From: a bacterium
GTDB lineage: Bacteria; Patescibacteriota; Dojkabacteria; JAKAPS01
DNA: 64,000 nucleotides
Assembly (NCBI GenBank): GCA_021806925.1
Contig: JAKAPS010000003.1
Span: 10,553-74,552, forward strand
Direction: 5' to 3'
This document shows positions 28,653-38,673 of this stretch, in pieces. The position numbers and the translations under genes were made by a program. Below the pieces are notes generated by a model. The model ran no database searches. It had not been told where the DNA came from and saw only the letters and a program-made list of their open reading frames with translations. Positions within the stretch are counted from its first letter, which is position 1. Each line of letters opens with the position of its first letter.

Positions 28653-28913
28653 CTATAGAATAATATGAAAATTGAATTGTATTATTGCAAGTATAAGATG
28701 AATAACTATGAGAATAGTTAATATCCATCCAAGCCATTTGTGATATTTTGTCATAAATGGTCTATTTTTCACAAAAAACTTTGTATTAATCTGTTTATAT
28801 ATAGCAGATACTAGTAAAAGTATCATGACTATAGCTGCAAGCATTCCGCTCCAATAAACAAGGTCTTGTCCAAATATGAATATAAATGGTTTTGTAATAA
28901 TTATTGATTGCAT
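28653..28913 (-). CDS. Small 2-TM membrane protein with a conserved-looking His pair in TM2 (possible heme ligands)
   Basis: 86 aa. TM2 reads HKWLGWILTILIVIH with the two His 14 residues apart. Overlaps the ApbE gene by 13 nt in an operon-like arrangement. Confidence 0.35.
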   Translation of the reverse strand: MQSIIITKPFIFIFGQDLVYWSGMLAAIVMILLLVSAIYKQINTKFFVKNRPFMTKYHKWLGWILTILIVIHLILAIIQFNFHIIL

Positions 28914-29638
28914 AATTTTTGTAGATTACTATTAAAGTATATTTTATTATTCTTTATAAATAAAGCTAATATATTTTTCTCAAGTATATATGTATATGCA
29001 TTGTCTTCCATTGCATACAGTGCTGTTGCAAAAACATCAGAATCAATTATTGATTCTGATACAACAGTTACACTGTCAAAGTACGTTGCACTTTTTTTTA
29101 AAATAGGATTTAATATGTGATATCCTCGTTCATAACTTCCAGAGGTTGATATTGAGTAATTTTTGTATAATTTAATTCTTTTCAATATATCATTTTTTGT
29201 ATATGGGTTTTTTATTCCAACTACCCAATTATTATTCACTTTCAGATCAATTCCATGAGTTTTTATGTCTCCACCAAAATTAATCAGAAAATTATTTATG
29301 TTATTTGTAAGTAAAATATCTTTTATCTTACTTATAGCATAAGCTTTTACTATCCCATTGAAATTTAAGAATCCGTTAAATTCATATTCAAAATATCCAT
29401 TTGTTTTTTTTCTATATTCGTCTGCTAATTCTTTAACATATTTGAAAACCTTAGGTGAATCATCGATTGTTTTTTTCTTTAGATTAAGCTTGGATATATA
29501 GCTGTTTGAATTATAGTTATTGAATGTATCATCTATTAGGGTCAATAGATTATTAATATCATCAATAACAGATTCACTTAATTCAGGAAATGACTCAATT
29601 ATCAATTCCATTGACATTGTTTGAATTTTTCTTATCAT
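28901..29638 (-). CDS. apbE: ApbE-family FAD:protein FMN transferase (no signal peptide apparent)
   Basis: Blocks SYISKLN (compare SELSRLN), FNGIVKAYAISK (compare GGIAKGYAVD), INFGGDI (compare NLGGDI), STSGSYERGYHILNP (compare ATSGDYER...HHIIDP), SVTVVSESIIDSDVFATAL (compare SVTVIAxxAMxADALATAL). Confidence 0.7.
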   Translation of the reverse strand: MIRKIQTMSMELIIESFPELSESVIDDINNLLTLIDDTFNNYNSNSYISKLNLKKKTIDDSPKVFKYVKELADEYRKKTNGYFEYEFNGFLNFNGIVKAYAISKIKDILLTNNINNFLINFGGDIKTHGIDLKVNNNWVVGIKNPYTKNDILKRIKLYKNYSISTSGSYERGYHILNPILKKSATYFDSVTVVSESIIDSDVFATALYAMEDNAYTYILEKNILALFIKNNKIYFNSNLQKLCNQ

Positions 29639-29644
29639 ATATAT

Positions 29645-30154
29645 TTACGCTGATGCTTTATTTAATGCATCCTGGAGTGAGGTTATAAACGCATTGCTAA
29701 AATATGTTGCACCACTTACTGCACTAATATACCCGCTATCTGTTGAAATTGCTTCATTTATCAACATCGGTTGAGCTTGAGATACAATTGCAGCACTTGT
29801 TCCAGATCCGTCAGTTGCTAGCTCGTTCACGCTTATACTTGAAAGTACTCCATTTTTTATATTAACAGTCACAGATATTGTTTGAAATCCAGAATTTTCT
29901 GACGCTCCAGTAAATGACCCATTTTTCATACCTGAAGAGGATGAAGAAGTTGTGGATGAAGTAGGAGTAGACGTTGAAGTGGATTGAGATGTTCCAGATG
30001 TAACTGTACTAGTACTTGAAGGCGTTTTTGATGTAGGTGCAGACAAATTTACATTCTCATCTAGGTTGTGCTGTGAGTATATTAATAAGGCACTTATAGA
30101 TGCTACTAACCCTAATGTGGCAATACTGCCAATAACAATATTTCTCTTTTTCAT
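29645..30154 (-). CDS. Exported FMN-binding-domain protein (FMN_bind, target of ApbE flavinylation), TM/signal anchor + Ser/Thr-rich linker
   Basis: N-terminal KKR-hydrophobic anchor; S/T-rich linker; C-terminal domain ending in the flavinylation motif S-G-A-T-Y-F-S (compare S-G-A-T-[YIV]-[ST]). Confidence 0.6.
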   Translation of the reverse strand: MKKRNIVIGSIATLGLVASISALLIYSQHNLDENVNLSAPTSKTPSSTSTVTSGTSQSTSTSTPTSSTTSSSSSGMKNGSFTGASENSGFQTISVTVNIKNGVLSSISVNELATDGSGTSAAIVSQAQPMLINEAISTDSGYISAVSGATYFSNAFITSLQDALNKASA

Positions 30155-30280
30155 TCTATATTAATCTAACATAAATTTATTAAAAAATAATTAAAATAAA
30201 AATTCTATTTTTAATTAATCATCCTATGTGTAAGAGAATAGTTACAGATATGTACATATTTGTAACTAGATATTTACATT

Positions 30281-31467
30281 ATGAAAAAAAGATTGTTATT
30301 CTTTGATCTAAAAAAATATTTAAAACATAAGAATGCATTGGTTATAACAGGAATGCGTCAGGTAGGAAAAACTACTTTAATGAGACAGTTATATGATGAA
30401 ATAGAAGATAATCCAAAACTTTGGTTTGATTTTGAAAATCCGTTAGATCAAAAAGTATTTGAAGATGAGGACTACAATGTAATATATAAAAGACTGGTTG
30501 AGATGGTTGGTATAAAAAATAAGAGATTATATGTGTTTTTAGATGAGATACAGAATTTCCCAGAAATAACTAGAATAATGAAGTATATAATTGAGCATTA
30601 TGGCATTAAATTTATTGTTACGGGCTCATCAAGTTATTATCTCAAAAATTTATTCCCAGAATCATTGAGTGGAAGAAAGTTCCTTTATGTATTACCTCCA
30701 CTAACATTTAAAGAATATCTATATTTCAACGACATTATTACACTCGAGGAGGCACAAGAGAAGAATATTGAATTTCTTCTGGTACAGACAGATATTTTTT
30801 TGTATAAAAATATGAAACAGCATACAACCAGTACCTTAATTTTGGAGGTTTTCCAGAAGTTGTCATGACGCAAGATACTCAAACAAAAACAATGGTACTT
30901 CGTAATATATTTGCTTCATTTTTTGAAAAGGATATTAAACTCTTATCAGATTACTCTGATATTCGACAACTGCGTGATCTGATTCTATTGCTTGTTCCTA
31001 GAGTTGGCTCTATGCTTGATGTTTCTAAACTGGCTGGAGAATTAGGGATTGATAGGCCAAAGCTTTATAATTTTCTGGAGTTTTTAAAAGGTACGTTTTT
31101 AATTACTCTATTACCTAAATTCTCTAATAGTATAGATCGTTCAGTTGCAGGAGGAAGAAAAGTATACTTTAGTGATATTGGATTGCTGCAAACAATAGGT
31201 AATATAAATGATGGACAATTATTAGAAAATGCTGTAGTGAATCAATTGAACTTTTACGGGGATCTAAGTTTCTATAATAAAAGAAACACATCAGAAATAG
31301 ATGTAATTTTGAATAAAGAAATTGCATTTGAAGTAAAATTATATGGTTCAGAAAGGGATTATCAAAAATTAGAATATTTATCAAAAAAATTGAAAATAAA
31401 GAAATGTTATGTGTTGTCTAAATCATTCAATACAAACAACAAAATCATTTCCCCAGTAAATATGTAG
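30281..31467 (+). pseudogene. Second COG1373-family AAA+ ATPase (AAA_14 + DUF4143), split by a frameshift in an A5 run at 30806-30810
   Basis: ORF1 has Walker A GMRQVGKTT and Walker B FLDEIQ. ORF2, in another frame, starts with the family's Y-L-N-F-G-G-F-P-E-V motif. One extra A in the A5 run gives a single 395-aa ORF. Confidence 0.6.
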
Positions 31468-31960
31468 TTGAAATTGTATTTTATAACGGATCTCTTGCAA
31501 AAAGTAATATATATATTCGTAACTATTCACCGTTTTACCTAGATGTAGAATTGATTATCGTAGAAGGATTAATTTTGGATATAAAAGAGCTTATAAAGTC
31601 TATATCTTTACTAAAATATATTTTATATAACGTAATTTTGCTTATTCTACTGCAATATATAAGGATACAACTTTACCTTCTAATTTTGATTATTCTATTG
31701 AAAGGTCATTTATGCTTACATTGCAATACTGAATCTAGTGAATAATTATATATATTCAAGAATATTTAAAGTCAAAAACAGAAACGCAAATAAATAAAAT
31801 AAATGAATATCTAATTAAAATGAAATTAATACATTCTGTTAAGTGAATTAATTGATGAAGCAATACTAAGATATAATAAGGATAAAAAACTCATTAAAAC
31901 AATTGATAGTCCTTTGTGGAATTAAACAAATAAATATTTAGTATTATTGGTAATTTGAGA

Positions 31961-32911
31961 TTAATTAAACCAAATCTTAAATATTGTTCTATCATCGTTA
32001 GATTCAACATCTATAGTATAATTGTATATATCAAGTATCTCTTTTACAATTGACAATCCAAGTCCATATCCTTTTGAGTCATCTGATTTTGTAAACCTAT
32101 CAAATATGGTATTAATTGGTATATCTATTTTATTTCCATCATTCTGTATAGATAGCCAAACTCTTTTACTATTTTTGTTTGTATCTGTTGTTCCGTAATC
32201 AATCTTTATATATGATTTTGTGTGACTAATTGAATTTCTTAATAGATTGGAAAATATTATTATTAGTAATTCATATTTAATATTTACATATGTTTTATTT
32301 CCTATATTAAAAATTATTCTTTTATCGTTTTTATCAACATTGTTATTAATAAATTCTCCAAGTTCGATCTTATCTGTATTATTTGCTATATCTTTTTGTG
32401 AATTATATGATATTAAATAAAGAGAATTTGTTATATTTATTAATCTGTCTGTTTCTTCAAGTAATGATTCTATCAAATTTCCACAGTTTACAGATTTACA
32501 ATTTTTATTCTCATTTTGAATAATATGAGATTCAAGTGTTGCTTTCATTATTGCAAGTGGAGTCTTTAATTCATGAGCAGAATTTGAAATGAAATTATCC
32601 TGTTTCTTTTGTTCAGTTTCAATATCATGGAATATTCTAGAAGTTATGACCATTGATATTATTACAAGAATAGCAATGAATGAAATATCTGAAATCAAGA
32701 TGGATTCGAAAAGAACTAGATCAGAGTTCTCCTCTATGCTTGTTTCATATGATCTATAATTACCTTTGTTACTGGTTAATCGATATTCATTGTATAAATT
32801 TGCTTTTAAAAGGAAAAAAAGAAATATGCTTGAGAATATAAAAGTAATGATGATTACTATAAATATCAATGAGAATACCTTTTTCTTTGTATTGCTTATT
32901 GTAGTTCTCAA
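31961..32911 (-). CDS. Sensor histidine kinase (2 TM, HisKA + HATPase_c)
   Basis: H-box SNSAHELKTPL, N-box LLRNSISHT, G-box GYGLGLSIVKEI. Confidence 0.75.
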   Translation of the reverse strand: MRTTISNTKKKVFSLIFIVIIITFIFSSIFLFFLLKANLYNEYRLTSNKGNYRSYETSIEENSDLVLFESILISDISFIAILVIISMVITSRIFHDIETEQKKQDNFISNSAHELKTPLAIMKATLESHIIQNENKNCKSVNCGNLIESLLEETDRLINITNSLYLISYNSQKDIANNTDKIELGEFINNNVDKNDKRIIFNIGNKTYVNIKYELLIIIFSNLLRNSISHTKSYIKIDYGTTDTNKNSKRVWLSIQNDGNKIDIPINTIFDRFTKSDDSKGYGLGLSIVKEILDIYNYTIDVESNDDRTIFKIWFN

Positions 32912-32922
32912 TTTGTTTTTTC

Positions 32923-33564
32923 TTATTCTAATTTATAACCTAATTTGGGTATCGTTATTAATCTACCCTTTAAAAAGGGAAGCTTTTTCCTAATCCTGCA
33001 TATGTGAACATCTACAGTATTACTAAGTGAATCTGATTTTAAAACATCTTCTGCTAACTTCTCACGTGTATGAATGACTTTAGGAAATTTAAACATATGT
33101 TCAAGTATTATATATTCACTTAAGTTAAGCTCAAAGAATTTATTCATATAGACTACATGTCTTGTTGCACTATCTATTGTTATATCCATATATTTTATAG
33201 TTTTAGGTTGTGAAAATAGATTATTAATCTTAGTAATTAAAACCTTTATTGAGAATGGCTTGGTTATATAGTCAATTGCACCTGTTTCCAATCCTTTAAT
33301 AATTATATCTTCTGAATCATTTACACTAATAAATATAACTTTAATACTATTTTCTTTATTTATTTTCTTTATTAAATCAATTCCATTTATATAAGGCATT
33401 TTTATATCACAAATGATAAGATCAATCGATGAGTAATCAATTCTATTGTCCATAACTAGTAATGGATTGTTTATATATCTTGCATTAAACCCAGAGTTAT
33501 TTAAAGCGCTTGCGATTGCTTCACATAATTTTATTTCATCATCAATTATTAATATGTTTACCAT
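32923..33564 (-). CDS. OmpR-family response regulator
   Basis: Receiver domain with IIDDE, DLIICDIKMP and conserved K; C-terminal winged-helix block (LSEYIILEHMFKFP...TVDVHICRIRKKL). Confidence 0.8.
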   Translation of the reverse strand: MVNILIIDDEIKLCEAIASALNNSGFNARYINNPLLVMDNRIDYSSIDLIICDIKMPYINGIDLIKKINKENSIKVIFISVNDSEDIIIKGLETGAIDYITKPFSIKVLITKINNLFSQPKTIKYMDITIDSATRHVVYMNKFFELNLSEYIILEHMFKFPKVIHTREKLAEDVLKSDSLSNTVDVHICRIRKKLPFLKGRLITIPKLGYKLE

Positions 33565-33633
33565 TTAGTTAATATATTATACAATATATGTGTAGGTAAG
33601 AGTTTGATGGATATATATGTTTAATTTTGTTTT

Positions 33634-34179
33634 ATGAATAATACAATTAATCTTCTAGCAAATTCAGCTAGAGCAAAGAACATTGTTGATCAGTTTTATG
33701 TATGGGCTATGGGTACTGGTAGGTACATTGTTATTGTAATGGAGGTAATAATAATTGTTGGATTCATATATAAGTTCAAAATAGATACGGATTACAAAAC
33801 ATTGTTATATAATTTTAATTTATTAGATCAAAGATATTCTGTTGTATATCCACAGGAGCAGGCTATATTAAAGTATAACAGGAAGATTAATGTATATTTA
33901 TCTTCTGATAAAAATCAAGTAAAGATGACCAATAGATTAAATCTTGTTTTAGAATCTATTCCAAATTATATAGTCATAAATCAGGTGAATTTTACTGGAA
34001 ATACTATACAATTCACTGGTAGTGTACAGACCAGCCAGAACTCAAACACTGAAATTAACAATCTTGCAACAACATTTAAGAATAACACATCATTTTCCTC
34101 TGTTGAAATAAATACATTGTCTTCTGTACTAGGTCAGAACTATACATCATTTTCAATTAATTTAGTATATAACGGATGA
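33634..34179 (+). CDS. PilN-like type IV pilus assembly protein (bitopic)
   Basis: N-terminal M-x-x-x-I-N-L-L motif characteristic of PilN, followed by a single TM and an extracytoplasmic domain. Confidence 0.35.
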   Translation: MNNTINLLANSARAKNIVDQFYVWAMGTGRYIVIVMEVIIIVGFIYKFKIDTDYKTLLYNFNLLDQRYSVVYPQEQAILKYNRKINVYLSSDKNQVKMTNRLNLVLESIPNYIVINQVNFTGNTIQFTGSVQTSQNSNTEINNLATTFKNNTSFSSVEINTLSSVLGQNYTSFSINLVYNG

Positions 34180-34799
34180 ATTATTATAACAGCATAAAAA
34201 CACGGATAGTAAAATCAACTAAAAGTGAGATATCTCGTGGTTATATTGTTTTGGCTTCTACCCTTATTTTTACAATTTCTATAATTCTATTTGTAATTTA
34301 TCCATTATATTCTGATATCACAATTGAGGCTGGGAGATATTCATATTTGAACTCTCAATATAGTATAGTGTATAAGAATTATGAATCACTGTTAGCATTA
34401 AGTAGCGTTTATTCAGCGGAAATCCAGCCTAATCTTAGTGTTATGAATATCATAGAGCCTGATAATCCATCTATCGGATTATATAGTGCAAATATAAACG
34501 CAATATCAAAAACAGATAATATAAGCCTTTCTGGAATTCAATATAATGTTAATATAAATCAAATACTTCCACAATCTGTTAGCACAACACTAAATAATTC
34601 AAACTCTGGTGATACAATATATATATCTATAACAGGAAGCGGTACTTCTCAGAATATACGTAAATTTTTATCGGATATAACAAATTTCCCAAGAATAACT
34701 ACAATATATTCTATGAATATATTTCAAAATGTTGTTAATGGTAATGCTCAAAGTGACTTTACATTTAGCATTGTAGAAGCAATAAACTATAAATCATGA
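34176..34799 (+). CDS. PilO-like bitopic membrane protein
   Basis: Short cytoplasmic N-terminus, one TM, S/N-rich extracytoplasmic domain. Overlaps the PilN-like gene by 4 nt. Confidence 0.3.
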   Translation: MNYYNSIKTRIVKSTKSEISRGYIVLASTLIFTISIILFVIYPLYSDITIEAGRYSYLNSQYSIVYKNYESLLALSSVYSAEIQPNLSVMNIIEPDNPSIGLYSANINAISKTDNISLSGIQYNVNINQILPQSVSTTLNNSNSGDTIYISITGSGTSQNIRKFLSDITNFPRITTIYSMNIFQNVVNGNAQSDFTFSIVEAINYKS

Positions 34800-34824
34800 A
34801 AAAGATATTAATACACTATAAAAT

Positions 34825-35031
34825 ATGAAGAAGATATTAATAAGATTGTTAGTGGTTTTTCTTGTTACACTGGTAATATTTATAGGGTTGCAACTTGCTG
34901 AAAATGTACTTTATCCACAACAAGCTTTTACGGGGTATCAAAAGTACATTGTCCAGTTGCCTGTAAGTCTTCATCAGGATGTGTACAACACAATAAATAT
35001 TTCTAATGTACCTGTTACTCCAACGAATTGA
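34825..35031 (+). CDS. Small membrane protein (68 aa, N-terminal TM)
   Basis: MKKILIRLLVVFLVTLVIFIGL hydrophobic start; not a class III (prepilin) signal. Confidence 0.3.
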   Translation: MKKILIRLLVVFLVTLVIFIGLQLAENVLYPQQAFTGYQKYIVQLPVSLHQDVYNTINISNVPVTPTN

Positions 35032-35037
35032 TAAATG

Positions 35038-35066
35038 TTGACATGAATTCTGAAATATGGTATTAA
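35038..35066 (+). promoter_or_regulatory. Consensus sigma70-type promoter TTGACA-17-TATTAA upstream of the rpoB leader
   Basis: ttgaca at 35038-35043, a 17-nt spacer, and tattaa at 35061-35066. Confidence 0.45.
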
Positions 35067-35122
35067 GATGTATATATCTACAAATTGAAAAATACAATCT
35101 ATCATAAAAGTTGATATTTATT

Positions 35123-35151
35123 ATCCCGCGTGTCGGGATTTTGTTGTTGTT
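35123..35151 (+). terminator. Intrinsic terminator / attenuator hairpin within the rpoB 5' leader, 10 nt before the rpoB start
   Basis: GC-rich inverted repeat atcccg-cgtgt-cgggat followed by tttgttgttgtt; the only GC-rich element in an AT-rich spacer. Confidence 0.55.
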
Positions 35152-35160
35152 AAAAAAAAT

Positions 35161-38100
35161 ATGGCAAAAAAAAATATAAATTCCACCACTAAGTTTAGAG
35201 AAAGGGTCGATATATCAAAAAATCATATATCAATGCCAATTGAAAACTTAATATCTGTTCAAATGGATTCATTTAATAAATTCATTGAAACTGGTATAAA
35301 AACTGTATTTAGCGAGGTTAACCCAATAATTGACAATTCAGGAAGACTTTGGAGTCTTGAATTTCTTGATTATAGACTTGGAAAACCTAATACCACTGAG
35401 CTTGATGCAATTAATAAAGATATAAGTTATGATGCTCCTCTTTTTTATAATATAAGATTAATAAATAAGCAATCTGGTGAAGTAAAAGAGCAGGAATTGT
35501 TCATTTGCGATTTGCCTATAATGACAAACAGAGGAAGCTTCATTATAGGAGGTATAGAAAGAGTAGTTGTTAACCAGATTATAAGATCAGAGGGAGTTGT
35601 TTTTATGGAATCTGGCGAATTGAATGTAGATAATTCTCATTTATACTTGGCAAAGCTTATCCCTGAAAGAGGTTCATGGTACAATTTTGAAGTAAACAAG
35701 CACGGTGTTATTAGTGTTAAAATACTTGCAAAGAGGCCAAAGATACTCATTACTGAGCTTTTAAGAGCAATTGGTTATTCAAGTAATGCGGAAATTTTAA
35801 ATCTATTTACATCAAGAGATGCAAATATTGATGACAAAGGGTCAATAAGAGAATTTATAGAGAATACACTTTTGAAGGATTCAACATCATCAAAGGAAGA
35901 AGCTGTTATGGATATATACAGAAAATTGAGACCAGATATATCCACTTCATATGAAAATGCCAAGGATTTTATATATGATATATTTTTTAATCCTAAGAGA
36001 CTTTATTTAGGTAGAACTGGTAGATATCAGTTAACTAAAAAGTTGGGTAATAATCCATTAATATCTAATATTGATGATGAGTCAAGCTATTCGCTTTATC
36101 CTACTGATATTATAGCAATTATAAAAAGATTAATTGAAGTTAATCTTGGTAAATATCCACCTGATGATATTGATTCACTTGGAAACAGAAGAATAAAACT
36201 TGTTGGTGAACATATAATGGATTATCTTAGAATAGGTGTTCATAGAGTTGAAAAAAATATTAAAGACAGAATGAGTTTGCATGGAACTGATGAGTTACTT
36301 GTTCCATCTGTACTTGTAAGCACAAGACCAATAACAGCAGCATTTAATGAGTTTTTTGGTAGTAGTGAACTTTCAGCATTTATGGATCAAGTTAATGTTC
36401 TTTCTGAGCTTGTTAATAAAAGAAGAATTACAACAACTGGACCTAAGGGTTTGACAAAAGAAAGAGCAACATATTCTGTTCGTGATACTCACTTCTCCCA
36501 TTATGGAAGAATATGTCCAGTTGAAACTCCAGAAGGACCAAACATTGGATTAGTAAATCAATTGGCAGTTTATTCACGAGTGAATTCATATGGTTTACTT
36601 GAAACACCATATAGAAAAGTAGAATCTAATGTTAAGGTTGGTGCATCTATTCACAGAATAACTGCAGTTGAATATGAAGATATCCCAGAAGGTACATTGA
36701 TAACTAAAGAAGTTCAAGCTAAATTAAAAGCATTAAAACTAGATAATATTGAAGTTTATCCTTATATAACTGATGAAATAGAATATATGGAATCTAGTAA
36801 GGAATATGATAAGAAAATCACTTCCATAACTATAGATTATGATAAATATAATAATATATTATCAAAATATGTTCCGCTAAGGTATAAGGGTACATACAAC
36901 TATGACAGCATTTCAAAAATTGAATATATTGAATGTTCAAATAATCAAATTGCTGGAATGAGTGTATCATTAATACCATTTGCGTCTCATAATTATTCAC
37001 AAAGAACACTTCTCGGTACAAACATGCAAAGGCAGGCTGTTCCATTAGTTAATTTTGAAGCTCCATTTGTTGGAACTGGATTTGAAAGAGTAATAGGAAT
37101 AAATTCAAAAAGAATAGTTCTTGCACCATATGATGGTGAAGTTGTATTTGCTGATGCTTCTAAAGTTACATTGAAATATAAGAATGAAAAGGGTAAGGTC
37201 TTGAAAGAAACGTTCCCTGTTCAGAAATTTTATAGAACCAATTTGAATACTTGTTTTACACAAAACATTATGGTTAAAACAGGAGATAAAGTAACTAAGG
37301 GGCAGATTATAATTGATGGGCCTAATTTTGTAAATGGAGAGATTGCACTTGGAACTAATATAAAGGTTGCATATATGCTTTGGGATGGTTATACATATGA
37401 TGATGGAATTGTAATTTCAAAAAGGCTTGTTGATGAAGATGTTTTAACATCTATTCACATAAGTAAATTCAGCCAGGAAGTTAGAGATACAAGACTTGGA
37501 GCTGAAATGATAACAAGAGATGTTCCAGGGAATTCAGACTATTCTCTAAGAAATTTAGATGAGAGCGGTATTGTTAGAGTTGGAGCATATGTTCATGAAG
37601 GGGATTTGCTAGTTGGTATTGTTGCTCCAAAAGGAGAGACTGAACTTACAGCAGAAGAGAGGCTTCTTAGAGCAGTTTTTGGTGATTACGCAAAAGACGT
37701 AAGAGATAACTCATTAAAGGTTCCACATGGAGTTGAAGGTGTTGTTGTAAATGTTAACATTCTTTCTAAGGAATCTGGTGATAAATTGCCTACAAGTGTA
37801 ATTTACAATGTAAAGGTTGAAATTGCACAAACAAGGAAAATTCAAGTTGGAGATAAATTATCAGGAAGATATGGGGATAAAGGTGTAATCTCAAAGATTG
37901 TTCCAATTGAAGATATGCCATATACAAAAGATGGAACTCCAGTTGATATCGTTCTTTCTCCTCTTGGAATTATAAAAAGAATGAATATTGCACAATTCCT
38001 TGAATTAAATCTTGGGTTGAAGGCAGAAAAACTTGGTGTTAATTTTGAATTACCAATCTTTACACAATTAGATCAAGAGAAATTAAACGATGCTATAACT

Positions 38101-38670
38101 AAGTATGGTGGTGATAAGAAATCCTTGAATGAATTAGATAGTGATAAGGTTTTCTTGAGTGATGGTAAAACAAGTGAAATATACCCAGAAAAGGTATCTG
38201 TAGGTCCAAGGTATATACTAAAACTGAATCATATGGTTGAAGATAAAGTTCATGCTAGAGCGACTGGTTCATATACTCTTGTAACACAGCAACCTCTTGG
38301 TGGTAAAGCACAGTTTGGAGGTCAGAGGTTTGGAGAAATGGAAGTATGGGCACTTGAAGCATATGGTGCATCAGCTATTTTACAGGAGATGCTTACTATA
38401 AAATCTGATGATATTAAAGGTAGGTCAGATGCATACAAGGCTATAATAACTGGAGAAAAGATAGGTGTACCAGGAAAGACGGAAGGTTTTAGAGTATTTA
38501 CATCTGAAATGAGATCTCTTGGAATTGAATTGAATGAAATTTATGATGATACTGGTAGTACAAACAATGTAAATACTAATAATAATAACGAAAATAATAA
38601 TATAAAGTCATCTGGTGAAAATCCAGTTGACACCTCAGATAATTCTGAGCATTTTGGAAGAATTGCATAA
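35161..38670 (+). CDS. rpoB: DNA-directed RNA polymerase subunit beta; the C-terminus has an Asn-rich low-complexity tail
   Basis: 1169 aa with conserved RpoB blocks (GRYQLTKKLG, SHYGRICPVETPEGPNIGL, GDKLSGRYGDKGV, NHMVEDKVHARATGSYTLVTQQPLGGKAQFGGQRFGEMEVWALEAYGA). Confidence 0.95.
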   Translation: MAKKNINSTTKFRERVDISKNHISMPIENLISVQMDSFNKFIETGIKTVFSEVNPIIDNSGRLWSLEFLDYRLGKPNTTELDAINKDISYDAPLFYNIRLINKQSGEVKEQELFICDLPIMTNRGSFIIGGIERVVVNQIIRSEGVVFMESGELNVDNSHLYLAKLIPERGSWYNFEVNKHGVISVKILAKRPKILITELLRAIGYSSNAEILNLFTSRDANIDDKGSIREFIENTLLKDSTSSKEEAVMDIYRKLRPDISTSYENAKDFIYDIFFNPKRLYLGRTGRYQLTKKLGNNPLISNIDDESSYSLYPTDIIAIIKRLIEVNLGKYPPDDIDSLGNRRIKLVGEHIMDYLRIGVHRVEKNIKDRMSLHGTDELLVPSVLVSTRPITAAFNEFFGSSELSAFMDQVNVLSELVNKRRITTTGPKGLTKERATYSVRDTHFSHYGRICPVETPEGPNIGLVNQLAVYSRVNSYGLLETPYRKVESNVKVGASIHRITAVEYEDIPEGTLITKEVQAKLKALKLDNIEVYPYITDEIEYMESSKEYDKKITSITIDYDKYNNILSKYVPLRYKGTYNYDSISKIEYIECSNNQIAGMSVSLIPFASHNYSQRTLLGTNMQRQAVPLVNFEAPFVGTGFERVIGINSKRIVLAPYDGEVVFADASKVTLKYKNEKGKVLKETFPVQKFYRTNLNTCFTQNIMVKTGDKVTKGQIIIDGPNFVNGEIALGTNIKVAYMLWDGYTYDDGIVISKRLVDEDVLTSIHISKFSQEVRDTRLGAEMITRDVPGNSDYSLRNLDESGIVRVGAYVHEGDLLVGIVAPKGETELTAEERLLRAVFGDYAKDVRDNSLKVPHGVEGVVVNVNILSKESGDKLPTSVIYNVKVEIAQTRKIQVGDKLSGRYGDKGVISKIVPIEDMPYTKDGTPVDIVLSPLGIIKRMNIAQFLELNLGLKAEKLGVNFELPIFTQLDQEKLNDAITKYGGDKKSLNELDSDKVFLSDGKTSEIYPEKVSVGPRYILKLNHMVEDKVHARATGSYTLVTQQPLGGKAQFGGQRFGEMEVWALEAYGASAILQEMLTIKSDDIKGRSDAYKAIITGEKIGVPGKTEGFRVFTSEMRSLGIELNEIYDDTGSTNNVNTNNNNENNNIKSSGENPVDTSDNSEHFGRIA

Positions 38671-38673
38671 ATA

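Noticed and set aside
28901-28913. Possibility that ApbE and the downstream 86-aa membrane protein are one gene split by a frameshift (ApbE with a membrane anchor)
   Set aside because: The ApbE C-terminus is complete relative to family members and ends at a stop. The small ORF has its own start 13 nt upstream of that stop. Treated as two overlapping genes.
31551-31745. 64-aa ORF in the 0.5-kb spacer between the COG1373 pseudogene and the histidine kinase
   Set aside because: Low-complexity Ile/Leu-rich translation of AT-rich DNA, with no RBS or homology. Likely non-coding.
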